The translations under genes and the position numbers were made by a program. From assembly GCF_006345805.1 (NCBI RefSeq), contig NW_021834644.1, positions 1 to 48,605 of the forward strand: a DNA stretch of 48,605 nucleotides, given 5' to 3'. Positions 1 to 12,476 of the stretch are shown in pieces. Each line of letters starts with the position of its first letter. The stretch's first letter is position 1. Below the pieces are notes generated by a model. It saw nothing but the letters and a program-made list of their open reading frames with translations, searched no databases and was not told the DNA's origin. The DNA is from Octopus sinensis (taxonomy: Eukaryota).

Positions 1-243
1 TTTCTGTGGCGTATGCCCCCCCCCCCCAGCTGGACGGGACGCCACTCCATCGCGGGAAGAAAGAGTGAACGAGAAGTTGGGGCGAAAGAGTACAACAGGG
101 GTCGCCACCACTCCCTGCCGGAGCCTCATGGAGCTTTAGGTGTTTTCGCTCAATAAACACACATAACGTCCGGTCTGGGAATCGAAACCGCGATCCTTCG
201 ACCGCGAGTCTGCTGCCCTAACCACTGGGCCATTGCGCCTCCA
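1..243 (-). mobile_element. tRNA-headed SINE (family C), probably running off the window edge
   Basis: Minus strand reads GGAGGCGCAATGGCCCAGTGGTTAGG (A-box) ... GGTTTCGATTCCC (B-box). Its 3' block GCGATGGAGTGGCGTCCCGTCCAGCT is shared with the copy at 33985-34240. Confidence 0.8.
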
Positions 244-705
244 CGTATTTCCCATACCCTAGAAAATTCTGAACTTTTGTCGTGGCAGCACTTCAAGAAA
301 CTCAATATTTTTGTTTTTTCATCAACAGAGGAATAAGTAAAGAGATAATGAGGGGCATTCCAAACATCATTTCTCACGATCCCTCAGGGAGGAAAGAAGT
401 CGCAACAAAGGAAGAGGTGTGGCTAGATTGCATCCATGCTACACAGCAAGCAGTTTTCAGAAGGTCGAAACAATTGTGGCAGATGAGAAGCGCCAAAGAA
501 GGACACAGTCATCATTACGACTCCTTCCGCCTGACCAAAGTTTACATTTGTTTCAAGTGCGCCATACATATGTATATGTATGCATCTGCGTGTATACAAT
601 CGTACACACACACGCGCGCGCGCGCGCACGCACACACACACACACACAAACAAACACACACACACACACACACAAACACACACGCATGTATATCTTTTAT
701 CATTA

Positions 706-916
706 GTCTTTTACTTGTTTCAGTCATTAGACTGTGGCCATGCTGGGGCACCACCTTGATGAATTTTTAGTCGAATGAATCAACTCCAGTACTTGTTTTT
801 TGTTTGAAGCCTGGTACTTATTTTATCGATCTCTTTTGCCGATCCACTGTGTTACAGTTCTCAAGCAGTGGTAATGGTGGGGGGAACAAACAGACAGACA
901 CAACGACGCACGCATG

Positions 917-947
<31 letters not shown>

Positions 948-1130
948 AAGCACACACACACGCACACTCTGACGGGCTTCTTTTCAGTTTCCGTCTACCA
1001 ATCCACTCACAAGGTTTTGGTCAGCCCGCGGCAACAGTAGAAGACACTTGCCGAAAGGTTCCACGCCGTGGGACTGAACCCGTATTCATGTGATAGGAAG
1101 ACAAACTTCTTACCATACAGCCACGCCGAT
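706..1130 (-). mobile_element. tRNA/CORE-like SINE with central microsatellite (family B), diverged
   Basis: Tail TTTTACTTGTTTCAGTCATTAGACTGTGGCCATGCTGG, central (CA)n and head ...CTTACCATACAGCC match about a dozen other copies in the window. Confidence 0.85.
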
Positions 1131-1149
1131 TGCATACACACAGATACAT

Positions 1150-1300
1150 ATAAATATTCCTGATACCGTGAAGTGCTGGCGGGAACATTTTAGTCGACTC
1201 TTAAATGGGGTCTCAACAATTTCTACTGAAACTCTGGACTGTATCCCACAGATTCCATTTTTCAGGAAAAATCAGAGAAGTCTCCAAGTGTTGACAATAT
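1150..1300 (+). mobile_element. RTE-clade LINE ORF fragment
   Basis: Translates as KCWREHFSRLLNGVSTISTETLDCIPQIP, resembling the RW(A)EHF..LLN..S.I......IPQ segment between endonuclease and RT in RTE LINEs. Confidence 0.55.
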
Positions 1301-1341
1301 TCCCCTAAGAAGTCTGTAAATATGGTTGGGTGTCTCTAGAT

Positions 1342-1510
1342 CAGTGGTTCTTAACCAGGGTCCACATGGCCCTCGGGGTTCCACATAAGAATTTATGTGC
1401 AGTAAATGGTTATACTTCTATAGTAATCAAAATATTTCAACAATTTTTTAAAATACAAATCCTGTTTAATTATAAAGCTATAATGAGACTTTTTTAAACA
1501 TCGAATAAGT
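1342..1510 (+). mobile_element. hAT/Charlie-type MITE, left end only
   Basis: Starts CAGTGGTTCTTAACC immediately after CTCTAGAT, the NTCTAGAN target preference of Charlie elements. No right end found. Confidence 0.5.
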
Positions 1511-1660
1511 GCCGGCATGGCTGTGTAGTAAGAAGCTTGCTTCCGAACTACACTGTTCAGTGTTCAATCCCACTGCATGGTACCTTGGGCAAGTGTCTTC
1601 TGCTATAGCTTCGGGCCGACCAAAGCCTTGTGAGTGGATTTGGTAGACGGAAACTGAAAG
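1511..1660 (+). mobile_element. SINE family B, 5' half
   Basis: GGCTGTGTAGTAAGAAGCTTGC...CCTTGGGCAAGTGTCTTCT...GGATTTGGTAGACGGAAACTGAAAG. Confidence 0.8.
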
Positions 1661-2301
1661 TACTAATTATGCACTGGGATCGATGGAATCAACTAGCCCC
1701 CTCTTCCCAAACTTCAGGCCTTTTTGCCTTTAGTAGAAGGGATTACTATTCCTATTAATTCGGTCAGATGATTTCGTCAAGTGACTAATTTTAATTATCT
1801 ATACTTTACAGAATGTATTGAGTATTCCGTTGCTCTATTAAATTAAGCTGTGTGTGTGTGCGCGCGCGTACACACACTCACACACACACACACACACATG
1901 TCCCCTTCTACTTTTTATTATTTGAGGTCTTCCTGTAAGGAAGGAACTGGTTTCTAATAAAGCTACAAAGCTCCTTTATTGGAAAAATGTCACATTTTAA
2001 ACTTAAGAGTCTTGCACAAATTTTTAAAATTCCATTTACGGATTGTACGTATTTGTAAAGCGCGTGTTAACCGGTTGATTTCCCTTTTTTTAAAAAAAAC
2101 AAAAAGCCTGGTTTTTCTAGATTATCGTTTAGGTATTTACTCGCAAAACCAAGTACCTGGTATTTATGTGGCTTTATAATCTGGGTATAGAGCATGAGGG
2201 TTTTGAAGTAGTTGTCCATAGTTATCATATTCCTCTTTGATTTACGAAGAGGTATTCACTTCAGTAGAACAACTGACCACTTTTTACATACTTTTTCATA
2301 T

Positions 2302-3267
2302 GGCGGCGAGCTGGCAGAAACGTTAGCACGCCGATCGAAATGCGTAGCCGTATTTCGTCTGCCGTTACGTTCTGAGTTCAAATTCCGCCGAGATCGACTT
2401 TACCTTTCATCCTTTCGGGATCGATTAAATAAGTACCAGTTACGCACTCGGGTCGATATAATCGACTTCATCCGTTTGTCTGTCCTTGTTTGTCCTCTCT
2501 GTGTTTAGCCCCTTGTGGGTAGTAAAGAAATAGGTATTTCGTCTGCCGTTACGTTCTGAGTTCAAATTCCGCCGAGGTCGACTTTACCTTCATCCTTTCG
2601 GGGTCGATTAAAGAGGTACCAGTTACACACTGGGGTCGATATAATCGACTTCATCCGTTTGTCTGTCCTGTTTTTGTCCTCTCTGTGTTTAGCCCCTTGT
2701 GGGTAGTAAAGAAATAGGTATTTCGTCTGCCGTTACGTTCTGAGTTCAAATTCCGCCGAGGTCGACTTTACCTTTCATCCTTTCGGGGTCGATTAAATAG
2801 GTACCAGTTACGCACTGGGGTCGATATAATCGACTTCATCCGTTTGTCTGTCCTTGTTTGTCCTCTCTGGTTTAGCCCCTTGTGGGTAGTAAAGAAATAG
2901 GTATTTCGTCTGCCGTTACGTTCTGAGTTCAAATTCCGCCGAGGTCGACTTTACCTTTCATCCTTTCGGGGTCGATTAAATAGGTACCAGTTACGCACTG
3001 GGGTCGATATATCGACTTCATCCGTTTGTCTGTCCTTGTTTGTCCCTCTCTGTGTTTAGCCCCTTGTGGGTAGTAAAGAATAGGTATTCTCGTCTGCTGT
3101 TACGTTCTAGTTCAAATTCCGCCGAGGTCGACTTTACCTTTCATCTTTCGGGGTCGATTAAATAGGTACCAGTTACACACTGGGGTCGATATAATCGACT
3201 TAATCCGTTTGTCTGTCCTTGTTTGTCCTCTCTGTGTTTAGCTCCTTGTGGGTAGTAAAGAAATAGG
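2302..3267 (+). mobile_element. tRNA-headed SINE (family A) carrying five tandem ~184-bp units
   Basis: Single head GGCGGCGAGCTGGCAGAAACGTTAG. Units start at 2350, 2534, 2718, 2901 and 3084. The 15-bp TSD TACATACTTTTTCAT lies at 2285-2299 and 3268-3282. Confidence 0.92.
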
Positions 3268-3574
3268 TACATACTTTTTCATGCTAGTTCCAAACAATTG
3301 TATTCGGCCTATTATGTTTGCAATGTGTTTGTATATGTTTTATAAATACATACGCTCATGGGTTCAGTTCCTAGCTAGGGCAACGCATTGCAGTCCTGAG
3401 CAAAACTCTTCTTTTCTCGTTGTTCCAGTTGTTCAGTTGAATAATGAGAATCAGTCTAATATGATGCAGCCTAGAAGTTGCCATATCCTGAACGTTTCAC
3501 TTACCAGATCATAATTGCTTGCAGGTGACGGCTATGGTGATATATACATACATCTCCCCCCACCTCTCTCTCTC

Positions 3575-3618
<44 letters not shown>

Positions 3619-3621
<3 letters not shown>

Positions 3622-3895
3622 GCAAAATTTAGGTTAGTTGTAATATATTTGTGACCATATTCCAACTGCTAAAAGGCAAATTCACTGCAGTTATCCCGGC
3701 ACATATTTACTTCCTGTCCCAGGTAGACATATATTTGTGACCATATTCCACTGCTAAAAGGCAAATTCACTGCAGTTATCATGCAGAAAATGGTAATTGC
3801 AGGGGATTTACTTTTAGCAGTTGAAATGTTCACAAAAAATTTTTAACTAATCTAAATTTTGCTTATGCCTAAACACTGCTTGGCGTAACATTTCG
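3619..3895. repeat. Imperfect inverted-repeat element with internal direct duplication and short one-sided tail
   Basis: TAAGCAAAATTTAGGTTAGTT at 3619 pairs with AACTAATCTAAATTTTGCTTA ending at 3865. ATATTTGTGACCATATTCC(A)ACTGCTAAAAGGCAAATTCACTGCAGTTATC occurs twice. Flanks are (TG)n and (TA)n. Confidence 0.6.
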
Positions 3896-3904
3896 TTATA
3901 TATA

Positions 3905-3956
<52 letters not shown>

Positions 3957-3964
3957 ATATAAAC

Positions 3965-4434
3965 GTAAAGTATACTAGCCATCTCAATATGGCTAACCAC
4001 TAAGGTGGGTGTTACTGTAGCTTTTAGCCCCAGGAGATCATGTCGTCTCCAGCTGGCTTAGGCACATTATCTGTGCCCTTATGGTATTTGCAAAGGGAGG
4101 TCATCCCTTTCTCGTAAACCTAAGTGAACGGGCGGTAATCACCGGTTTACGACGAAAAGGAAGACCTTGTATGCAAATACTTAAGTGTTTTTCTAGTAAC
4201 TTCCGTCACTGATTTCGAAAAACTGTCTGCAAGCAATAATAAATCTCTGAACGAGATGTAAACTGTAACCGCTCGACAATGTAAAGTATACTAGCCATCT
4301 CAATATGGCTAACCACAAAGGGTGGGTGTTACTGTAGCTTTTAGCCCCAGGAGATCAGCTGGCTTTAGACACACGGTCTGTGCTCTTATGGTATTTGCAA
4401 AGAGAGGTCATCCCTTTCTCGTAAGCCTAAGTGA
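3965..4434. repeat. ~160-bp direct repeat pair (3965-4127, 4281-4434)
   Basis: GTAAAGTATACTAGCCATCTCAATATGGCTAACCAC...CCTAAGTGA is present twice. Confidence 0.8.
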
Positions 4435-4481
4435 TACGCACGGACCGCAGATACCATAAGGGCAATGACTAACGAAAACAA

Positions 4482-4591
4482 TCTAATATTGAGGCTTATA
4501 AGCCCTCGGCGGAAAAAAGTAGGTTTTTTCCAGTACGCGTGGGAAAAGCTACTTTTTTTTCTGTCGAGGCCTTATATGCCTCAATATTAGA
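4482..4591. repeat. Imperfect 110-bp hairpin (MITE-like)
   Basis: TCTAATATTGAGGC...GCCTCAATATTAGA ends, with inner pairing of CCTCGGCGGAAAAAAGTAG to CTACTTTTTTTCTGTCGAGG. Confidence 0.6.
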
Positions 4592-5453
4592 CTTCTTTTT
4601 TTTAGTCATTGCACGGTAATCGCTTATAAGCTTTAAGCTTATAAAATTTATATATAATATATAAATATATGTATAAATTAATTCCAAGAAAGTGAGAGGT
4701 TGTGAATCCAACCAACTAAGGGATAAATAATATTTATCTAATATACTGCTGGTAGAATTCCCAATTATTAATACACAAGTGTTTTTTATTGCATTGCAAT
4801 TACATTACCGAGTGTACTAAATGGATGAGGGTAAAGCGATATTTTACCATTAATTTATAGACTAATAAGAAAATGGAGGGGATCAATAGGTGGTTCATCA
4901 ACTTTAAGACATTATATTATGTTAACTTATTTATTTAACTAAAATGACAATTACAAGAATATACATACATGTTTAACATATTATGCTATACATATAAAAT
5001 ATATTAATATATAAAGATACCAGTAATTATTATACATGAAAATAACAATTTTTTAAACATGTTCGGTACAATATAGATACGTAAAAACACAAAAACATTT
5101 CAAGACGAATACGTTAGGGAATTAATACGAATCGTAATATGGTAAGAGTACCTTCTTACCACAAAAAAGGTTGACTACTGGAATGAGAGTTTCTTGGAGG
5201 ATGGGGGACAATATTTTCTTGCAATTCATTATCACCAACATAAGCTTGAATGGTAACGAACTTATCTAAATTTGTTTGTTGTTTATGACACATCGTTTCT
5301 TTGTACAGCTCAGTATAGGAACTGAATTCATTGTAAATTCCTCTTGTAATTTTTATATTACGTTCGCGATTAGGATCATTATCAATAAAGACCTTGCAAA
5401 CCTTCTTCTAGAAGTGCCAAGCCTTCAGCAATAATTTTTGTAGCCAGTTTTTG

Positions 5454-5631
5454 TAGGCGTAGGATTAGCTGTGTGGTAAGTAGCTTTCTTACCAACTACA
5501 TGGTTCCAGGTTCAGTTCCACTGCGTGGCACCTTGGGCAAGTGTCTTCTACTATAGCCTCGGGCCGACCAAAGCCTTGTGAGTAGATTTGGTAGACGGAA
5601 ACTGAAAGAAACCCGTCGTATATATATGTGT

Positions 5632-5678
<47 letters not shown>

Positions 5679-5876
5679 TTTTCCCCCACCAACATCGCTT
5701 GACAACCGATGCTGGTGTGTTTACATCCCCGTATCTTAGCGGTTCGGCAAAAGAGAACCGATAGAATAAGTACTAGGCTTACAAAAAATAAGTCCTGGGG
5801 TCGATTCGCTCGACTAAAGGCTGTGCTCCAGCATGGCCGCAGTCAAATGACTGAAATGAGTAAAAGAGTAAGAGTA
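5454..5876 (+). mobile_element. SINE family B, full length, nested in the pogo remnant
   Basis: Head TAGGCGTAGGATTAGCTGTGTGGTAAG, central (TG)n, tail GCATGGCCGCAGTCAAATGACTGAAA...AAAAGAGT. Confidence 0.9.
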
Positions 5877-6221
5877 ATTCAAGTGGCTCATTAGTACTCT
5901 CAGCTTGTTCTTTTTCTAAAAGCATCAGTTCCTCGTTAGATAAACTTCCTTTCTGGGACACTAACAACTCAGTCACCCCCACCCTTCCTTATATGATTTT
6001 ATATCCTACATCCTTTGCAAGTGTCACAATAGCTTTCCGAATTTGATGCAGACTTTCTGCTTGAGAAAAACTTGTAATGCCTTGGATACAGTCTAGCCAT
6101 ATATTTTTTCAAGCACTATTCAAAGTTGAAAGTTTCACTTTATACCGACTCAGCTATATTATCCACAGCATCCATTATGTTAAATTTCTTCCAGAAATCT
6201 AGCCGTAAATTTATCTACCCT

Positions 6222-6620
6222 GTCAGGAGAATATACCGCCAGCATTGCCCAAATGACTTGAACATTAGTTTCAAGGTTCATCCAAGGCTGGACCACGGGC
6301 CATACGTCCCGTGCCCAATTCAAGATCACAACATATAGGTACTCTGCGACATAATTTCTTTTCCTCAGCAGGCTCTGGCCTGTTTAACATTGCCTCAAAC
6401 TGATTAAAGAGGAAAATGATCCCACCTTTAAACGGAGTCTGGACAGATTTCTCAAGTAATAATAGCCACCCATACCTGGATACAACTCACTCAACAAGGA
6501 CTCACTACTTGAATGAACCATAAACAAAACTTTAGATAATACTATCAGGTGGTGCTATTAAGTTAGACTTGGCCTGGACCACTCTTTGGTCGAAACATAT
6601 CTAAGTTTTATCTAAGTTTT
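6222..6620 (+). mobile_element. LINE 3' end (CR1/L2-like), nested in the pogo remnant
   Basis: Frameshifted translation RIYRQHCPNDLNISFKVHPRL / GPRAIRPVPNSRSQHIGTLRHNFFSSAG / LFNIA / KRSLDRFL. Ends in a duplicated short tail TATCTAAGTTT. Confidence 0.6.
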
Positions 6621-7782
6621 AATATACCTTGAAGTTAGCTATCATTCCATGATCCATTGGCTGGAGCAAAGAAGTTGCATTCTTGGGGATATATTCTACT
6701 CTCACCTTAGCAGAATGGTCATCTAAGTTCGCTGGGTGGTTCAGTGCATTGCCAAAAAAAAAAAGCAATGCTTTGTTGGAAGTATTGTGTCTGGCAATGT
6801 ACCAATCTTTGAAAAGGTTCTTAGCCATCCACGCCTCCTTATTTGAACACCAAAGATAGATGAAATTGTGTAAACTATTGAAAAACCTTTGAATTTTCAG
6901 AGTGATGCATGTGTAGGGGCTTTAATTTCATATTACCAACAGCATTTCTTCCTATAGGAAATTCAGACGAAATTTAGAAGCTTTGAATCCTGGTGTTGCT
7001 TTTTCTTCTCGAGAAATAAGTCCTAGCAGGCATGTGCTTCCAGAAAAGTGCCGTTTAATCGACATTATATACTTGCTCTGGTATGTAGCCCCCTTCAACA
7101 ATCATTTTCTTCAACTACTCAGGATAATTAGCAGCAGTCACTGTATCAGCACTTGCAGCGCCATCAATCATTTCCATGTTGTGCAAATTCATTCCCTACT
7201 TAAACCTTTCCAACCAGCCTTTTGCTAGCCAAAAAGTATTTTTTTCATTGGAAGTTTCACTTTCCTTTCTCTGCAAATTGTCATATAAACTTTTCGCTCT
7301 TTTTTTTTTTAAACCATTATGTTTATCGGCACATTACACCAATTCTCTGATGCTCGATTCATACACTCAAATGTCGTTCCGCTTTAAGCGTTATATTAGA
7401 TCTATGGGAAAGTATGGATCCGGTCAATTAGCGGAGTAGCTTCTTGAGCACTTGACATAATTTTCTCACTGGTTGCCACGTGTTCTTTCATTCTGTAGAC
7501 GTTGCAAGATTTAATGTTTTAGCAGTGTAACTTTGTTTTACTTCCGCATCAAGTATTTTTAAAACTTCAAGTTTAATATACCGCGTGATCTTTTTACCGT
7601 TCCTTTTTGCGCTGCCGCCTTCAGATCTACTTGATAATTTATTTCCAGACATCTTAAATCGAAGGCAAATCCAACAGTAGCGGCCATTAATTATCCACAA
7701 CAAATATGTAATGATTTCAAATTTTACCCCAAGCCAGCAATATCGTGGAACGATGGTGGTGGTGGTGGTAGTGGTGGTGAGA

Positions 7783-7953
7783 GTAAGGCGATTACAGCGA
7801 CCCCAGTGCTCAACTGGTAATTATTTTATCGACCCCCGAAAGGATGAAAGGCAAAGACGACCACGGTAGAATTTGAACTCATAACATAAAGACGGACGAA
7901 ATGCCGCTAAGCATTTTGTCCGATGTGCATAATTCTCCCAGTTCGCCGCCTTA
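7783..7953 (-). mobile_element. SINE family A-related, older copy
   Basis: CGACCCCCGAAAGGATGAAAGGCAAAG...GAATTTGAACTC...GTTCGCCGCCTT. Confidence 0.8.
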
Positions 7954-8399
7954 ACCGCAACACTTATGTAAGATAAGAAAATTGGCCCAGGAATGATCTG
8001 ATTTGTGAGAGCGGAAAATTGCGCTATTTCTATGTCTGTAATAACGAAAATGAGATGAAAAGGTGAATGACTGAGAAAGTGAAAGTACAATATGATTACT
8101 CTTGGCTGAAGGTTCACCAGATCATACGGGCAATTCGCCCCTCGCTCTTATGACTTAAGACATAAATGCACACACACACACACACACACACACACCACAC
8201 ACCACACTGGCGCATGCACACTCCTCACACACACACGTGCTGGCGTACATGTTGATATCTGTTGTGCAGCCAGTTGGATGCAAAGTTTGGTCGGTTGATA
8301 GTGAGGATGATGTGGGTTGCATTGGTTTGGATGTTAGTGACGGTGGGCAGGTAATATATATTATGCATACATACATACATACATACATACATACATACA

Positions 8400-8435
<36 letters not shown>

Positions 8436-9676
8436 TATAATATATATATATAGATTATATATAATATATATTATAATATATAAATCAAAGGTAGAACAGA
8501 AAAAATATACATGCAGAAAAAAGAGCGATAGCGCGACAAAGGTAACAGGACAAAACAAGATACCGGATCATTCACAGCCATTGCCACTTCAGTCATACAT
8601 ATGCGTTGTGTTATATATACATATATAATATATATATACATATATATACATATAATATATGATATAATATAATATGTATTATATATATATATATATATTA
8701 AAGGTAGATGAGGCCGGCGTGCTTCTTTTTTCGGATTTATGTTTACGGACGACTCAATTACAATGGTTTCGATCGGAAACCGAAGCTTCTATCGTGTGCG
8801 GGAAATTAGATGAATTGTTTAAAAAAAAAAAATTGCACTCAAGTTTACTTATTCTCTTTCCTGCTTCCTTCCTAACACACTTGTCAAGAATTGGTAAACT
8901 CCCGGAAAACTCCGCTTCTCCAGTGCGTTTTCGATTTGCGTTTGAGTATATTCGTTTAGAGCAAGTTGTTTTACACATATTACACTATTTAAAAAAATTT
9001 TTTTTTGGTGCCTGGGTCAGCCCCTCAGACGCTTTCAGAAATTCCCGATGGAATTTTCCGAGGCCTTTCTCCCACCCACCCCCCTTTCGCGTGCGCGCAT
9101 TTTTTTTTTTTTTCATATTCGTTCACAGGAAGTTGTTTTACACCTATTACACACATTTTTTTTTTTTGATTCTTTGAATGGTGTAACGCTTTAGTTTAAC
9201 CAATTCATTTAGGTCTTTCCTCTTGTTAGACTTATCGTAAAATGTGATACAAGCGAGAAACTAGCCTAGTTCTCAGCCATGTAACAGATACTTTTGTTTT
9301 ATCTTTGCTTGCATTTACCTCTCCAAAATACCTTTATAGCTGAACGATTTAAATAAATTATTAAGATATTATAAAGTAAGGACCTGTTTATTTATCTAAT
9401 TTTTTTTTCGAGAATCAAATATAAACCAAAATGTCAAAGATTCTATCAATTTAATAGTGTTGGAAATTAACGATTAGTACAAAAATATATATATATATAT
9501 ATCGAAGAAATGTACGTCCCACTATTGATACGACTACAACTACCGTATAACCAACACCACCACCATCATCATCTTCTTTATCACCTTCCTTCAGAACTGG
9601 CGGGAATTCATCAACAGTAGTTCAGTAAGGAGCGAAATACGCCTCGTATAAACAACAGGAGGTTAATGAAATGAAA

Positions 9677-9678
<2 letters not shown>

Positions 9679-9751
<73 letters not shown>
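9679..9751. repeat. (GA)n microsatellite
   Basis: Direct reading. Confidence 0.95.
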
Positions 9752-9754
<3 letters not shown>

Positions 9755-10149
9755 TTGTTGTAGGGTTCTTTCTGATCCTAAGGGTTCTAATAGATGGAAA
9801 CAAACAAGAACGGGGATACAAAAGTGGTTTAAATTTCTCTGAGATTTTTACCTATTTTTAAAGTATATTATACCGTTTATCTTCGGTGGGAATTATTGTT
9901 GGGGATTAAAAAAAGGAAAGGGAGAGAAAAGAATTGGCGGTTAAGGAATGTTGCAAGGTGTGTGGAGGAGATATGAAAGACCGAGGTAGTGTACTAAAGG
10001 TAAAGGTAAAATATGTATAAGAGATTTGAGCGTAAGAGAAATAGTTGAGTGAGAGTTTATAGAGCAAGACAAAGAGATAGCATAAACAGATAAGCGAAAG
10101 ATACATAGTAAGCATGTAGAGAAGCAGACAAATGTATATAGACAGCTAG

Positions 10150-10224
10150 CTAGTTTGATAGAAAGACATACAGATAGATAGACTGACAGACAGAGCAGAC
10201 AGACAGACAGATAGATAGATAGAT

Positions 10225-10283
<59 letters not shown>

Positions 10284-10323
10284 CATGGATGGATGGATGG
10301 ATGGATGATGGATAGATAGTATA

Positions 10324-10361
<38 letters not shown>

Positions 10362-10372
10362 GATGATGGATG

Positions 10373-10426
<54 letters not shown>

Positions 10427-10486
10427 AGATAGATAGACAGACAGATAGACGGAGGGACAGATAGATAGATAGATAGATAGATGATA

Positions 10487-10525
<39 letters not shown>

Positions 10526-10553
10526 CATGGATGGATGGATGGATGGATGGATG

Positions 10554-10589
<36 letters not shown>

Positions 10590-10619
10590 TAGATAGATAG
10601 ATGGATGGATGGATGGATG

Positions 10620-10691
<72 letters not shown>

Positions 10692-10745
10692 CATGGATGG
10701 ATGGATGGATGGATGGATGGATGGATGGATAGACAGGTAGGTAGG

Positions 10746-10776
<31 letters not shown>

Positions 10777-10777
10777 C

Positions 10778-10810
<33 letters not shown>

Positions 10811-10870
10811 GGATGGATGGATGGATGGATGGATGGATGGATGGATGGATGGATGGATGGATGGATAGAG
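10150..10870. repeat. Compound (GATA)n/(GATG)n microsatellite
   Basis: Direct reading. It is the source of the spurious [11 protein letters not shown] 9941-11149. Confidence 0.95.
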
Positions 10871-11098
10871 AGAGAAGGGGGGAGAAGGCAAAAAGGGAAG
10901 TGGATCAATCAAGAAAAAAAAAAGAAAAAAGGAAGAACCTGTATTATTTAAATGAAAATGAAGATCACATGGAAACATCACATGGAATAAAAAGAACAAG
11001 GATTTTTGGAAAATAAAAGGAATACAAATTCCTGTGAATAGGGATGTATTTTGTTTCCTTCGATGTGTAAACGTATACAAACTTACACATATATACAT

Positions 11099-11130
<32 letters not shown>

Positions 11131-11592
11131 TCACATAAATATACAACAAAATATACCATATTTAAATACCTTTCAGGTGGTTGCCTCTTGGAAACACGCT
11201 GAGAGATTTCTGAGACACCAGTTTCCTTTCAAAGCGGTTCCAGTTTACTCCTCTCTTTCTCCCTCTTTCTTTTTATCTTTCTTTCTTTCTCTCTTCCTCT
11301 CTCTTTCTCTTTCTTTCTTTTTCTCCTATCTCTCTCTCTCTCTCTCTCTCTTTTTCTCATATGCAAAACACGAGGCGCTTTACAGTGCTGGGCGCGTGTT
11401 TCCCACCTTACTGCTGTAGCAGCAACAGTAGTATTGAACATCGTGCATCGATCTGTCATATCTTCCCGTGCAGTCGCAGAACTTGGAAACTTTGGAAATG
11501 GTACAGTATGCCATTCTAGACTCCATGATTCCATCCCAGGTGACTGAGTGAGAGAAACGGAATTGATTTGTCCGTCGTTATTTTCTATGTAT

Positions 11593-11751
<159 letters not shown>

Positions 11752-11806
11752 CTATATATATTATTATGTATGTATGTATGTGTGTGTGTGTGTGTGTATA
11801 TATATT

Positions 11807-12057
11807 AACTTATAAGTAAGGGCTAAAGAAAACTATTTCAATGCCAATATGCTGATAACAGACTATTAAATCGTCAATTTCCACGTGGAAATTGACGATT
11901 TAATAGTCTGTTATCAGCATATTGGCATTGAAATAATTTTCTTTAGCCCTTACTTATAAGTTGTTTAAAATTTTAACCGTAAAGGTATTTAATATGCTGC
12001 CACATTTTTTGATGGAATTTTTTTTCTGTAGAAAAAAAACTTCATCCTATATTAGTA
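11807..12057. repeat. 156-bp zero-loop palindrome plus ~95-bp one-sided tail, between microsatellites
   Basis: Arms 11807-11884 and 11885-11962, centre TTCCAC|GTGGAA. I count one mismatch in 78 bp. Confidence 0.9.
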
Positions 12058-12214
12058 GTATATATATATATAATATATAATATATATATTCATATTTATA
12101 GATAGATATAGATATAGATATAAATTGTCATATATATAATATATATCGTCAAATAGATAAATAGAGAGACAGATGTAAGGAGAGGTAGATTGGTATAAGT
12201 ATAGATATACACAC

Positions 12215-12250
<36 letters not shown>

Positions 12251-12476
12251 CCACACACAAACACACACATATATATATATAGTATGCACAACACACACGC
12301 GCGCAATCTATCCACCTACCCATAACTACTACTACAACAACCATGATTACCACCACCAACTCCACTCCCGCGCCCAGCCCCATCCCACCACTACCACAAA
12401 CCCTATACCCACCATCACATTCACCAACCATAACCATCGTGGCCACCTTTACCACCACCATCACCATTACCATTGC

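Larger units (their letters stand above)
5250..7652 (-). pseudogene. pogo/Tigger (CENP-B-like, DDE_1) transposase remnant, interrupted by a SINE and a LINE
   Basis: Collinear minus-strand motifs: MSGNKL..IKLEVLKIL..LNLATST; ASKGWLERFK; EQVYNVD.TALFWKHMPARTY; AWMAKNLFKDW; NATSLLQPMDHGMIANFK; FWKKFNIMDAV; LSNEELMLLE; DNDPNRERNIKI..YTELYKE. Multiple stops and frameshifts. Confidence 0.88.

Noticed and set aside
282-540. Possible pogo C-terminal remnant (HDP..CY...KRQ..QSSL)
   Set aside because: Similarity is too weak to support without an alignment.
2350-3267. Regular repeat array as a possible CRISPR
   Set aside because: Contiguous ~184-bp units with no unique spacers, SINE-derived, eukaryotic context, no cas genes.
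9941-11149. 402-aa ORF
   Set aside because: Translated (TATC)n/(CATC)n microsatellite.
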